Assembly: GCA_965644315.1 (NCBI GenBank)
Contig: CBFFRQ010000051.1
Location: 62,001 to 126,000 of the forward strand
Direction: 5' to 3'
Source of the DNA: Caecitellus pseudoparvulus
Taxonomy: Eukaryota > Protista > Bigyra: Bicosoecida
DNA: 64,000 nt
Shown piece by piece: positions 32,507-43,205 of this stretch (its first letter is position 1; each line of letters starts with the position of its first letter). The notes beneath the pieces were generated by a model. That model did no database searches. It saw only the letters and a program-made list of their open reading frames with translations, and was not told where the DNA came from. Both the position numbers and the translations under genes were made by a program.

Positions 32507-34318
32507 ATGGGGGACTTCCCGAGGCAGGGGAGTGCAGTGCACATTGTGAAAGATGCTTTCTTCACAGCTTCCCAAGCAAGCACATGGTTGCGAACGTCAA
32601 TGCCGGGAGGAGCTGGGGTCGCAACGCCGGGCAGTCACGCCAGCCGCGCAAAGCAACGCAGCAGCCTTGTCTTCGCATTCTGTCATTTCGATGAGGTGGG
32701 TGCGGGACTCCTTGTGCAGCACATAGGGCAGCACAGCACAGGAAGAAGTGCATTTGCTCGGCTGGTGCTCCGCCACTGCACCGGCGTGCGATGGTTTCTC
32801 AGCGCACTGGACAACGCCGCCCACAGCTGCGCTGCATGGCGGCAAGTCACGAGGTTGGAAGTGTACTGCCCACGTGGGCAGCTCACAAGCTCAAGACCCA
32901 GTCTGCTGTGGAAAACAACCACCTTCCCAGCCCTGGAAGAGCTCACGCTTGCAGGCTGCACGCAGTTTTCCGTGGCAGCCTTGCAGAATCTGGCCGGAAC
33001 TGCTCGACGGGCTGGATTGGTCCACCTGCGCAGACTCAGCATGTGGGGGTGTGGCCTTCGCATGAACGCCAACACGATGCACAGCTTTGCGGACATCATT
33101 AGACACTTGCCGGCGCTTCGTGAGCTGGATCTGAGCCACAACCCAGACCTGTTCCAGCCACTGCTCCTTGCGCCAGCTGCCTCCCCAAGGCATGCTGCCG
33201 ATGAGGAACACCTGCTACACAGCTTGAGGGAGCTAAACCTCACAAGCTTGAACCTGTCAGCTGTCCAAATGGGTGGCCGTGGAGGCATCATACTGTCAGC
33301 CGTGCTCTCCAGCTGCCCAAGCTTGCAGCGCCTCAATGTGGCAAGCTGTGGGCTATCTTCAGCCACACCCCTGGCCGACGTACTGTCCAGCAGCATGTTG
33401 CCCTGCCTCACTACGCTTGACCTATCGGACAACGCATTCTCGCCACACGCTCAGCCAACCCTGTTCGCTGCACTGTCAACCCTGCGATGCCTCGAGAGCC
33501 TGACCCTCACCGCATGCAACTTGGGGCCAGGAGCAGGCCGGCATCTCTCCCGTCTGCTGCGCAGGTGTCCTCAGCTGAGCATCCTGCGCGCTGATCAAAA
33601 CGACCTCACCTTCTCTGATGGCCAGTCCGTTGCTCCCGCCCTCATCAGTGCGCAGCGCTTGGAGAAATTGGACTTGTCGCACAATATGCTGGGCAGCGAC
33701 GGCGTTCTGGCCATCATTTCGGCAGCTGGGGAGCACCGCACCCTGAAGCGCCTCAGTCTGTCTGGGAACCAGTTCTCATCTTCCATTGTCGATGCGGCGG
33801 CCACTGCCATGGTGAGTGCCCGGGAAGTCAAAGGGAGGGAGGAGGCAGCCGCCTTGCACCGTCTTCTCGCCTGGGCTGCCTCGTCGCGGCTCCTTCCCTG
33901 GAAGCGAACGCCAGGTCGCCTTTGCCAGGCCCAACTGGGCGTGTCCTTGCATCATGAAGGACCCATCGCAGCCCAGCAGCGATCAGAGGGAGGGCCCCTG
34001 TGCCAAGATACTCGTGCCCTTCCTCCGCCTCCACCGCGTCGCCCCGCTCCACCACCCGTTCGCCACCACCACCTTCCTCGACCGACACCCGCACCGCCTT
34101 CTGACAGTCACACTGTACCGACCCCTGCCGATTCAAGCAGACCTGTCTCACATGCAGCCATGCGCAGGGCTCTGGGCGTGGAAGTTGTCCTACAGCGGGT
34201 ACTGTCGTTCTGGAGTCCAGGGAATGCGCTTGGGGCGTGGAAGCTGGAGGTGACGCTCGATAGACCGCGTGTTCTCACACGGACAGCCCACCCAAGCGCA
34301 GCACAGGGGCAGCTGTGA
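32507..34318 (+). CDS. RNI-like leucine-rich repeat protein
   Basis: Repeated LxxLxLxxN/C units (LRELDLSHN, LQRLNVASC, LTTLDLSDN, LEKLDLSHN, LKRLSLSGN). First ATG at 32507. Confidence 0.85.
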   Translation: MGDFPRQGSAVHIVKDAFFTASQASTWLRTSMPGGAGVATPGSHASRAKQRSSLVFAFCHFDEVGAGLLVQHIGQHSTGRSAFARLVLRHCTGVRWFLSALDNAAHSCAAWRQVTRLEVYCPRGQLTSSRPSLLWKTTTFPALEELTLAGCTQFSVAALQNLAGTARRAGLVHLRRLSMWGCGLRMNANTMHSFADIIRHLPALRELDLSHNPDLFQPLLLAPAASPRHAADEEHLLHSLRELNLTSLNLSAVQMGGRGGIILSAVLSSCPSLQRLNVASCGLSSATPLADVLSSSMLPCLTTLDLSDNAFSPHAQPTLFAALSTLRCLESLTLTACNLGPGAGRHLSRLLRRCPQLSILRADQNDLTFSDGQSVAPALISAQRLEKLDLSHNMLGSDGVLAIISAAGEHRTLKRLSLSGNQFSSSIVDAAATAMVSAREVKGREEAAALHRLLAWAASSRLLPWKRTPGRLCQAQLGVSLHHEGPIAAQQRSEGGPLCQDTRALPPPPPRRPAPPPVRHHHLPRPTPAPPSDSHTVPTPADSSRPVSHAAMRRALGVEVVLQRVLSFWSPGNALGAWKLEVTLDRPRVLTRTAHPSAAQGQL

Positions 34319-34425
34319 CCTGGCTGATCAACTGCACGAACCACGAAGAGTGAAGGATTCAGTGACTCACTGCGGACCGGCGCCAAACAACATGAGGCGA
34401 ATGCAACATGAATTCACTGCCAGCA

Positions 34426-37400
34426 CTAGGTGCCCTTCAAGGTCTGGGCAATGACCACTTGGGCGATGTTCAGTGCGGGGTAGTAGCTGCTGAGAATGGA
34501 CACGAGGACGAGCATGACCAGGGTGCCGAAGAAGAGGGCATAGGGGAAGATGAACTGGAACGGCTGCTCGGTGAAGAGGTTGAACTGCAGCGTCAGCGTG
34601 ATTGACACCAGCATGCCCACGACGCTGCCCATGATGAAGGAGGCCAGCACGACGGACAGCGCCTCGTACACGTACACACGTGTGACTTGGTGGATGGTGA
34701 GGCCCAGGGCTCGCAGCACGGCCAGCTCGCGCGCGTTCTCCCGCACGTTCGCCGTGAAGGACAGCCAGGAGGCAAAGAACGCCAGGACCACTGCGAGGGC
34801 GGCGATGAAGTAGAAAAACACCTCCAACCCAAGCAATGCGCTGGCAGTGCTGGCCAGGAGGGCCTCTGTGTCTTGCACTTGCACGTCCGAGCTGCGGATG
34901 ATGCTCTTCAGAGCGTTCGCGATGAGGGTCGTGTCGTCGCGTGAGGCTCGGTCAGACATGCTGATGAGCAGGCGTTGCTTCGGCAGTCCCAGCGCCCTGT
35001 CGTCCACCAGGCTGGCATCTGCCTCGCACAGTGCCGCAGTGGCCAGCCGCAGCTGCACTTCCCCGAGCACCAGCCCTGCCTCGCCGCCCTCCAGGAGCAG
35101 GCGCCAGTACCGCGCAGAGAACGGCGACAGGCGCACGGACTGGAAGCCTGCCCCTGCGTCGTCCACTTGCAGGGCCAGGGTGCCACGTGTGGACCAGGGC
35201 CCAGTCAGGGAGCCCCCCGCTTGCAAGCGAAGACGCCTGGGGTAGCGGGCAGCCTGGTTCGACACCGTGCCGGGAAACCAAACCCGGAGACCGGATACTG
35301 CGGGGCACTCTCGGAGGTCCAGCGTCAACCGCGCCGCGTCCACTGTGGAGTCCCATGCCAGCCCCGTGGCCGTGTCATCGTCCACAACTGCAGACACGTT
35401 TCGCACGGCGGTTTCGGCCCCCGCTGCTGCGCCCAGCTCGCCGCTGAACTGCGGAGTGGGCACCATCACCAATTCAGACGCGAATTGCTGGGAGCCGTTC
35501 ACGCTGGTGTATGCGGCGGGGGGGGCGCCCCACGCTGGCAGGGAAGGCAGAAACGCCGGCGAAGCGGTCATGCCGGGGATTGCTGAGACCGCGCCATTCT
35601 GGCCCGCCTGCCCCTCTGATCCCGACTCCTCCTGGGGTGTGCTCTCCCCATCCCCCTCCCCGCTACTTCCCTGCCCCTCGCCCGCCTCCTCGTCCACTTC
35701 CCCGCCAGACTGGGTTTCAGAGGCAGCATCCAGCGCCGTGCCCGAATCCACAGCCTGCAGGAGGGACTGCTCCGCTTGCAGCAGCACCCTGCCAAAGTCC
35801 TGCATGCGCAGCAGCTGGGGGCTGCCTGCTGCCGCCTGCTGGTAGGAGGAGAAGAAGAACGCGGGCAGTTTCTGCACCATGCCGCGCACCTTGCCCAGGA
35901 ACCGCTGGCGGATGAAGGCCGTGTCTTCCTCCGTCGACGCGGTGACACGGAACAGCATGGGCGTGTCAGTGGTGACGGATGCTGCGTCTCGCACCGCCTC
36001 AGACACCAGCATGTCCACGTACTGACGGTAGGCCACCTCAGCCGCCAAGTTCAGCCCGGGCACCGACACGGCCAGGGACGCCACGCAGAGCAGAGGAGAG
36101 GTTGAGCCGTCCCGGGAGGCTGCCTCGCCACACCGCTGCACACACTCGTGATAGTCAGCGAAGCGAGGTGAGGCCTCCCGTCCTGCGCTGGGGTCGCTAG
36201 CGTTAACGAGGAAACGTGCAGGCGTTGGCGCGCCGTCGCCGTCAGTTGACGATCCGTTCACACACACATACAACGGGAAGGAGGCCTCCCCTGAGACAGG
36301 CGGCGGCGGCACAGCCTGGATGTCACCCTCCACGGGCAGGGTCAGCTCCCCTGCCCCCTGGTACAGCGCCCGGATGGCGTTCGTGTCGGTCCACTCCTCA
36401 CCGCCACGCACTCCACCGCCGCCGCCGCCGCCCGACAATGCTGCAGGCACGCCCGCGGTGGCTTTCTCTGTGATGATGGTAAAGTCATCAGCGTACGTGG
36501 CGTCGAGGAAGTTCTCCTGCAGGCCGAACACTCGCGTGGACAGCAGGGGCGTGCCGGCGAGGTTGGTGTTCGCTGTGAAACGGGCCGGCAACACGTCGGA
36601 CATGGCGTAGGTGACAAAGGTGAAGGCGGAGATGAGGCCGCCTGGCCCGGTCTGGGTGGCCAGGTATGCCTCCAGCTCAGCTTGGGGCAGGGCGGCCGCG
36701 TCGGCGCCGCCAGGGGACAGAATGAGCAGGTCTGCGCCGATGAAATTCCGCACGTTGGTGCGGATGCTCTCGCTCTGCAAGCCCACCATGGCGCCGGCAA
36801 AGAGCAGGAAGGCCGTGGAAAGGGCGACGATGTACGCCGTCTTGCGATTGCGGCTGCGGTGGCCGGAGAGATTCTTGGTGATGAGGTGCTGCAGGCGCGC
36901 GTCGGGGCGGCGGCACAGCATGGCGGCCAGCACGCCGCGCTCCAGGGCAGGCGTGCCCATCTGGGTGAGGATGGTCAGCCCCAGCACCATGGCCATGAGG
37001 ATGGCGTTGAGGATGGCCAGGAAGATGTCGATGCGGGACAGGACGAAGGACAGCGGCACGAGGTAGTACGTGACGAAGCCGATGAGGATGAGGGTGAGGG
37101 CGGTGACGGTTTGGGTGGGACTGAGGCCCACCTCCGCCAGGCGCAGCACCACCACCGTCACGTCGTGCATGCCGGAGTGGTACAGGTCCAGTGCGTCACG
37201 CAGGGTGCCGCCCAGGGCCCGGCGAATGGGCCCCACTGTCGCGATGGCCGGCACCAGGATGCCGTACGCCACCCCGTACGCTACGCCCAGCCCTGGCAAG
37301 CCCAGGCTGATGGGGGCGGAGGCAAAGGCGCCCACGCCAGCGGCGATGCCGGCGTACAGCACAGCAGCTGCCGTGAGTCCGATGAGGATGCCGGGCAGGG

Positions 37401-39107
37401 CAAACGCTGCCGTCTGCACGCCCAGCACTGCGACGAGAGTGCCGTTCTGCATGCCCAGTGCGCGTAGCATGCCGTACTCGTACGTTTTGGCTTCCGTGTC
37501 GCCCAGCATGAGGGCGTACACCACGACACCGGAGAGGCAGGCCAGGATGAACACGACAGTCTGGAAGGTGACGTCCAGGAACAGCTTGATGAAGCGCAGG
37601 CCGTTCAGGGATGTGGCCATGGGCAGCGTGGCGGCGAAGAAGTACTCGTGCCCGAGACTGGCCCCCACGGACGTGGAGAACTCCGTCATGGCGCCCAGGA
37701 CATTGTTGGAGTCCCGGATGTAGATGTCCAGGCGGCCAGCCGCCTGCACTGTCACGGCCAGTGCGAATTGCTGCATGAGGGCGTAGTCAAGTGCCGCCAC
37801 TCCGGCGCGAGCCGTGACGAGGGCGTCCTGCAGTCCGCCGTCACCCAGCGCCAGCAGGGGTCCAAACTGGGCAGAAACAAGGTCCAGGGCGTCGGACAAC
37901 TGCTCTCGCAGCCACTGCGCGACGAACTTGGCCTCCAGCATGACGACGTTTCCGAGGAGGGAAGACCATTTTCCGCGGGGGAACTCCACGCCCTCCACCA
38001 CCGTCGCATCCATCTGCAGGTCCACCGCGGCGCCCAGCACGGCGGCAATGCCCTGTGTCACAGCCGTCGTGTCCACTGGGATGAGGTCCAGGCCTGGAAT
38101 GGCGCTGGTGTCCACTGCAACGCCCAGCGACGCGGCAATGGCATCCAACAGCTCTGCAGCGGACACTGTGCCGCCGACGCCAAGCGTGGCCGCATCCACG
38201 CCCAGCAGCGCCAACAGGGCACTGGCAGCGGCAGCTGAAGGCGCTGCAGCAGTGCCGTTGCCGCCGCCTGCCCCGCCGGCAGCGCCTCCAAACGTGTTGA
38301 GCAGGGAGACGAAGTCCACCGTCAGTAGCACACGCTCGCCGGCAGCGCCTCGCACACCGATCTCCTTCAAAGCTGTGGTGGACTGCAAAGGGAGGGGGGG
38401 GGCAGGGGAGGGGGGTGCTTGTCTGCGGCAGGGGGGTTCATAGAAGCGCATCGTCGAAACGCACCACGTAGGCTTCCTCCAGTCCCAGCGGCCGCCGGCT
38501 CCAGGAGCTGCCCAGCTGCAGCCCGCTCTCCTGTTCCGAGTCCAGGGCGAGGATGATGGTGGTGGTGTTCCGGGTGGGCTGTTCCCTGTTGGCCACCCGC
38601 CCCAGCACCGCCCAGCGGGGCGTGGCGCCCAGCACGTCCGCGTTGCCGGCCAGACGGAGGTCAATGTCTGTGAAGTTGAGGAAGGGGGGAGCCCCTGCCG
38701 CGCCGAATTCAGGCGTCAGCAACATGTCGTCCGATCCAGAGTTGTCTTCGGCAAGGCGGTAAAAGATGGTGGGGCTGTGGTGGGGGGCGGGGGCGGAGTG
38801 CTGGCGGAGAGGCTCGAGCCAGCGTTTCACTGCCCACGCACGTCAAGCCAATGGCACCGATCAGCAACGCCGCGAAGGACACGACCAAGGACACAGTGCA
38901 CAGGCCCATGCAAAACTGTGCCCGGTCCCGTTGGATGCTGCCCGCGACGTAGGTGGTGGCCAGGCTGCATGCGGCTGAGCAGGTTCGCTGCGCACTCCAG
39001 CGAGCTGCGGCATCAGACTTGGCGGCTGCTGGCCTACCCTCGGGCACGCCAGCGAGGCGGCCTGAGGCAGTGAGTTCCATCTGCGCTGGCTCCACACGCA
39101 GCTTCAT
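34426..39107 (-). CDS. MacB/FtsX-like (type VII ABC) permease with two permease repeats and an inserted discoidin (F5/8 type C)-like domain
   Basis: KTYEYGMLRALGM and NARELAVLRALGL permease motifs, each within TM bundles; two large soluble loops; two introns near 38385-38465 and 38775-38840; ATG 39107. Confidence 0.85.
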
Positions 39108-39359
39108 GGGCTGGGTGCAGCCAGTTCGCGCAGGGGGGCCCTTGTGCAGGCTGCAGCGGCGTCGGCCTGCCGGCTGGCGTGGCGTTTCACAGGTTCGGCC
39201 AGGGGGGTGCTCGGCTTGCAAGTCCTGCCCAGCGTCAGGCGGAGATCTAAGGCGGTAAGCAGTGTTCGGTATGCATAAAGGGTACTTTATTTCCAGTAGT
39301 GCAGGTTTCACCCGCGCGGAGTCGATTATAGCAGCGCCGCAGCCACTGAGTGGCCCAAG

Positions 39360-41033
39360 TCACAGCTTCGCAGCGGCCAGGGATGGGTGCAGGCCCAGCA
39401 CTCCTCCTGCCGCCTCATTTGCGGCGCGAATGCCGCTGCGCATAGCCCCATGCACTGTCAGAGGGGAATCCTCCTCGACATTTCCCCCCGACGTCGCCTC
39501 TCCGGCAAACAGCACCCTGCCGTCAGCGTGCGGTGCTGCCAGCAACGCCCGCGCACCAGCCGCTTCCTGCAGCGTGGGGCAAGTGTAAGCACCACCAATC
39601 CAGGGCGTGTCTGCCCAGGAAAAGACGCTGCCGCCACGAAACGCCTTGGAGAAGTCTGCCGCCCGTGCGCATGGATGCTGCCCGAACATGCGCGTGAGCT
39701 GGGAGAGAAACGCCGCTACCACCACTTGAGGCGGCTGGGCTGTGAGCGCGTCCGCTTGAGGGCCCATGGCGAAGCCGATGCAGAACCAGGGAGCTGGAGC
39801 GACTGTGGTGTCGCTTGGCGGTGTGCCGGTGCCGGAAGCGGGTGGGGAGGCGGGGCTGGTGGTTGCTTTGCCAGCTTGCAGCGCGGAAGCCAAACCGGCC
39901 AGGCCCTGTGCGTGAGGGGGCACCATGGGCGGCTGCACGGCCAAGCCCACACCCTGCGTGCAGTTCATCCACATTTCCGGGATGGCCTCGCCTGCCGCCA
40001 CCGCCCCCATGCAGTCAGCTGGCCAGGGGCGCCACGCGAAACGCAGCGCCACCTTGACTCCGTTGCGCAATGCAATGGACCGCAGCGCATGCTCACGCAG
40101 CGGCGACAGGGGCGGGCTCAACGTCAGTTTCTTCTGCAGCAGCACGGGCGGCGTGCAGGTGACGATGACTGCCTTGGCACGAATGCTGTGCTGGGCAGCA
40201 CTGCCATCCAACTCGGCTGCCCGGTGCACTGCAGCAGGCCCCATTGCCACACGGAGGGTGACAGGGAATGCGGCGTGGCTGTCCTGGGCCGAAACAGACA
40301 CATGTGTCACTGCGCAGTGCGTGCGGGCCTGCAGGCCCAGGGACAGCCAGGACACGAGGTGGGCGAAGGTGCCTGCCATGCGGAAATCGGCCTCCTCCCC
40401 GTCCTTCTCCCACGCCGCTTCGAACTCCGCCACACGGTGCACGCTCAGCTCCTCCAGGCGCCCCCCTGCAGTGTTTGCGTACCCTGCTGCAGCCATGTCC
40501 AGGGCGTCGCCGCCGATGCCCTCTGCGTGCAAGTAGGCCGCGAAACTTGCGGGGTGATGTGGGCTGCTGGGCGCCTCCGATTTCCGCACGCCGCTCGCCT
40601 CCGCCACTTCCCCCAGGACCTCGTGCAGGTGCACCATGTCGTCTGACAGCTCATCGAAACGCATGAGTTCTCCCCTGCGTTGGACCCAGTAGTACCCCGC
40701 CCCGCCGCACGGCGCCTCCTCCTCGCTCGGCCCGCCATCGCCCTGGCTCCACGTGAACAGTTGCCGCAAGTGGTGCCCTGCTGCCTGCGCCAGGGCGGTG
40801 ATTTCGTTCGCGAAGCCGTGTACGAACTCTGCCCCCACATCCAGCGGCGCGCCCTGCAAAAACTCCCAGTCCTGCCGCAGACGCCCCCCGAGCCGGTCCC
40901 CAGCCTCCAGCACCAGCACGCTGCTGGGCGCCAGACCGTGGTGCCGCACCAGGCGCTGGGCGGCGCTCAGGCCCGCTGCACCGCCCCCAATCACCACCAC
41001 ATCAACACATGCAGGCAGGGCGGCGCCGTCCAT
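39360..41033 (-). CDS. Flavin-containing amine oxidase (MAO/PAO family)
   Basis: VVVIGGGAAGLSAA, LEAGDRLGGR, DVGAEFVHG, WIGGAY, VLFAGEAT, TVHGAMRSGIRAA. C-terminal AKL is a possible PTS1. Confidence 0.9.
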   Translation of the reverse strand: MDGAALPACVDVVVIGGGAAGLSAAQRLVRHHGLAPSSVLVLEAGDRLGGRLRQDWEFLQGAPLDVGAEFVHGFANEITALAQAAGHHLRQLFTWSQGDGGPSEEEAPCGGAGYYWVQRRGELMRFDELSDDMVHLHEVLGEVAEASGVRKSEAPSSPHHPASFAAYLHAEGIGGDALDMAAAGYANTAGGRLEELSVHRVAEFEAAWEKDGEEADFRMAGTFAHLVSWLSLGLQARTHCAVTHVSVSAQDSHAAFPVTLRVAMGPAAVHRAAELDGSAAQHSIRAKAVIVTCTPPVLLQKKLTLSPPLSPLREHALRSIALRNGVKVALRFAWRPWPADCMGAVAAGEAIPEMWMNCTQGVGLAVQPPMVPPHAQGLAGLASALQAGKATTSPASPPASGTGTPPSDTTVAPAPWFCIGFAMGPQADALTAQPPQVVVAAFLSQLTRMFGQHPCARAADFSKAFRGGSVFSWADTPWIGGAYTCPTLQEAAGARALLAAPHADGRVLFAGEATSGGNVEEDSPLTVHGAMRSGIRAANEAAGGVLGLHPSLAAAKL

Positions 41034-41454
41034 GTCTCACGTGCGCTGGCTCGGGGGTGTGCGAGGTGCCAGCCTGGGCAGGGATCAACACAGGCGAAAG
41101 AGGAAAGGGCACACAGCAGTGTGGGGGACGGATTATGGGCACGGTGCGCCTCCATCGGCCGGTTGCGGTGTTTGAATGTGAGGGTGAAGTGTAAATTGCC
41201 GCCTGCGCCGCAATGCCACTTCTCTCGCGGCACGGCACTTCATCGCACAACCAGGACGCACTACGCACGCCAGATCACAACACAAAATCACCAACAATCT
41301 TTCCCAAGGAAATCCAACCCTTCTCCCCTCATCGCTTCTCTGCTGCCGCAACTCTTGGCGCGCGACAAGCTCTGGCTTTCGCTGCGGAAATCGGTTCCAG
41401 ACTCCTCTCTGGCTGACCCAGCACACACGCCGCCACTGCACCGTCCGAAGCACC

Positions 41455-43135
41455 ATGGCTGACGGAGGTCTCGCATGCACCCGCATCCTGGCAGGCGCCG
41501 GGCGCGGCGGGCCCCTGCCCAAGGACCACGAGGAAGTGGTGCGTGGCGCTGCACGTCGCAGTGCGACACCTGCGCCACGCCACACACCCCCGCTCACCCC
41601 CCCCGTGCCCCGCAGCAAGCTGCCCTGCGCCGAGTGCGCAGCGACATGGCCACACGCGGCATGGGGAGCCTGGGCAACCTGGGCCGCGCCTTCAAGCGCA
41701 CCGACTGGAACGGCAACAAGAAGCTGGACCGTGACGAGTTCGACGACGCACTGCGCTCCGTGGGCGTGTTCCTGAAGTCCCAGGAGCTCTCAGCAGTTTT
41801 CCGTGCATTTGACATGGACGGCTCTGGCGCGGTGCGTGGGCGGGGCAGGCGCCGGCGCTGCCTGCGCTGTGCCGTTTCGCGTCGCGTGCAACTTCGCACG
41901 GACACCTTCCACGCTCCCCGCGTGCGCCCAGGTGAACTACGACGAGTTCCTGCGGGGCATGAAGGGGCCCATGAACGAGCGGCGCATGGCCATGACCAAG
42001 CGCTGTTTCGACTACATGGACAAGGATGGCAGCGGGCAGCTGACCATCGAGGTGCGCCTGGCGCCTGCACGCTGCGCTCTGCGCCGGGTCTGCTTGCAAC
42101 CCCCGCCCGGCCTTCGCCCTGCACAGGACCTGAAGCAGTACTACACGCCCTCCGCCACCGCCATTGAGAAGTGGCTGAACAAGCAGCTCCTCAGCGGCGT
42201 GTCCCCCCGCACACCCATGGCGCACTCCAAGACGCCCCCCGCCTCGCCCGACCACTTCCTGTCCACTTCCCAGGTCGCCCATGGCCCCAGCAGTGCGCGC
42301 GTGGGCGGCCAGGCGGCAGTGGACGCTGTGGGCGACGTCCCCACTACATCGGGCCCCCCTGGCGATGGGGGTGCTCACACCAGCTCCACGGTGCGCTGGG
42401 CCAGCGACACGGGGGCGGCGTCCGCTCAGCTGGGCAGCACGAAGGCTGTGCAAAGCCAGGCGGAGGCAGAGCGTGCGGCGGCGAAGGAAGCCTTGACGAT
42501 GGAGTTCCTGAACAGCTTCGAGGGGGCGCGGGGGGACGGCAACGGCATCGTGACGTGGGAGGAGTGGGTGGACGAGCACGCCGACCTGTCCGCCTCCATC
42601 CCCGACGACGACCTGTTCATCGGCATCATGGAGAGCGCCTTCATGATCACGGAGGACCCGGATGGCGCCGTGCAATCTGACATCGCGCAGGTGGAGCGCC
42701 GCCTGAAGCGCAAGTTGGAGGAGAAACGCCAAGGGTGCGTGGGCGCGACCAGCTCGGCGCCAAGTCGCCCTGTGCGACACAAGACACCCGCCCTGCCCCA
42801 CTGCGCAGGTCTGAGGACGCCTCTCACACATGCGTGCGCCTGATGAAGTACTACGACGTGGACCACAGTGGCTACATCACCGCTACGGAGTTCCGCAAGG
42901 CGCTGGCAGACCTGGGCATTTCTGTGGAACGGCGCCTGGTGGGCGGTGCGTGCGCGCGTGGCACGGCAACCAAGCACCCACGCCCCGCATGCCACACACA
43001 CTCACCCCCACCACAGAGATGTTCCGCAAGTACGACGCAGACTCCAGCGGCGGGCTGGACTACTTGGAGTTGGGGCACAAGCTGTTCGCGTACGACCCCG
43101 CCGATGGCTACGTCACCACCGCCTCTGCCATGTAA
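41455..43135 (+). CDS. Calcyphosin-like multi-EF-hand protein (multi-exon)
   Basis: DWNGNKKLDRDEF, DMDGSGA|VNYDEF, GPMNERR, DKDGSGQLTIEDL, DGNGIVTWEEW...LSASIPDDDLF, DVDHSGYITATEF, DADSSGGLDYLEL. Confidence 0.85.
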
Positions 43136-43205
43136 CGCACGAGCCTGCCGCCGCACCAATGCATGCATTGCCAGGCAAACACCCTGCTGCTGCACGTGAG
43201 CCGCC

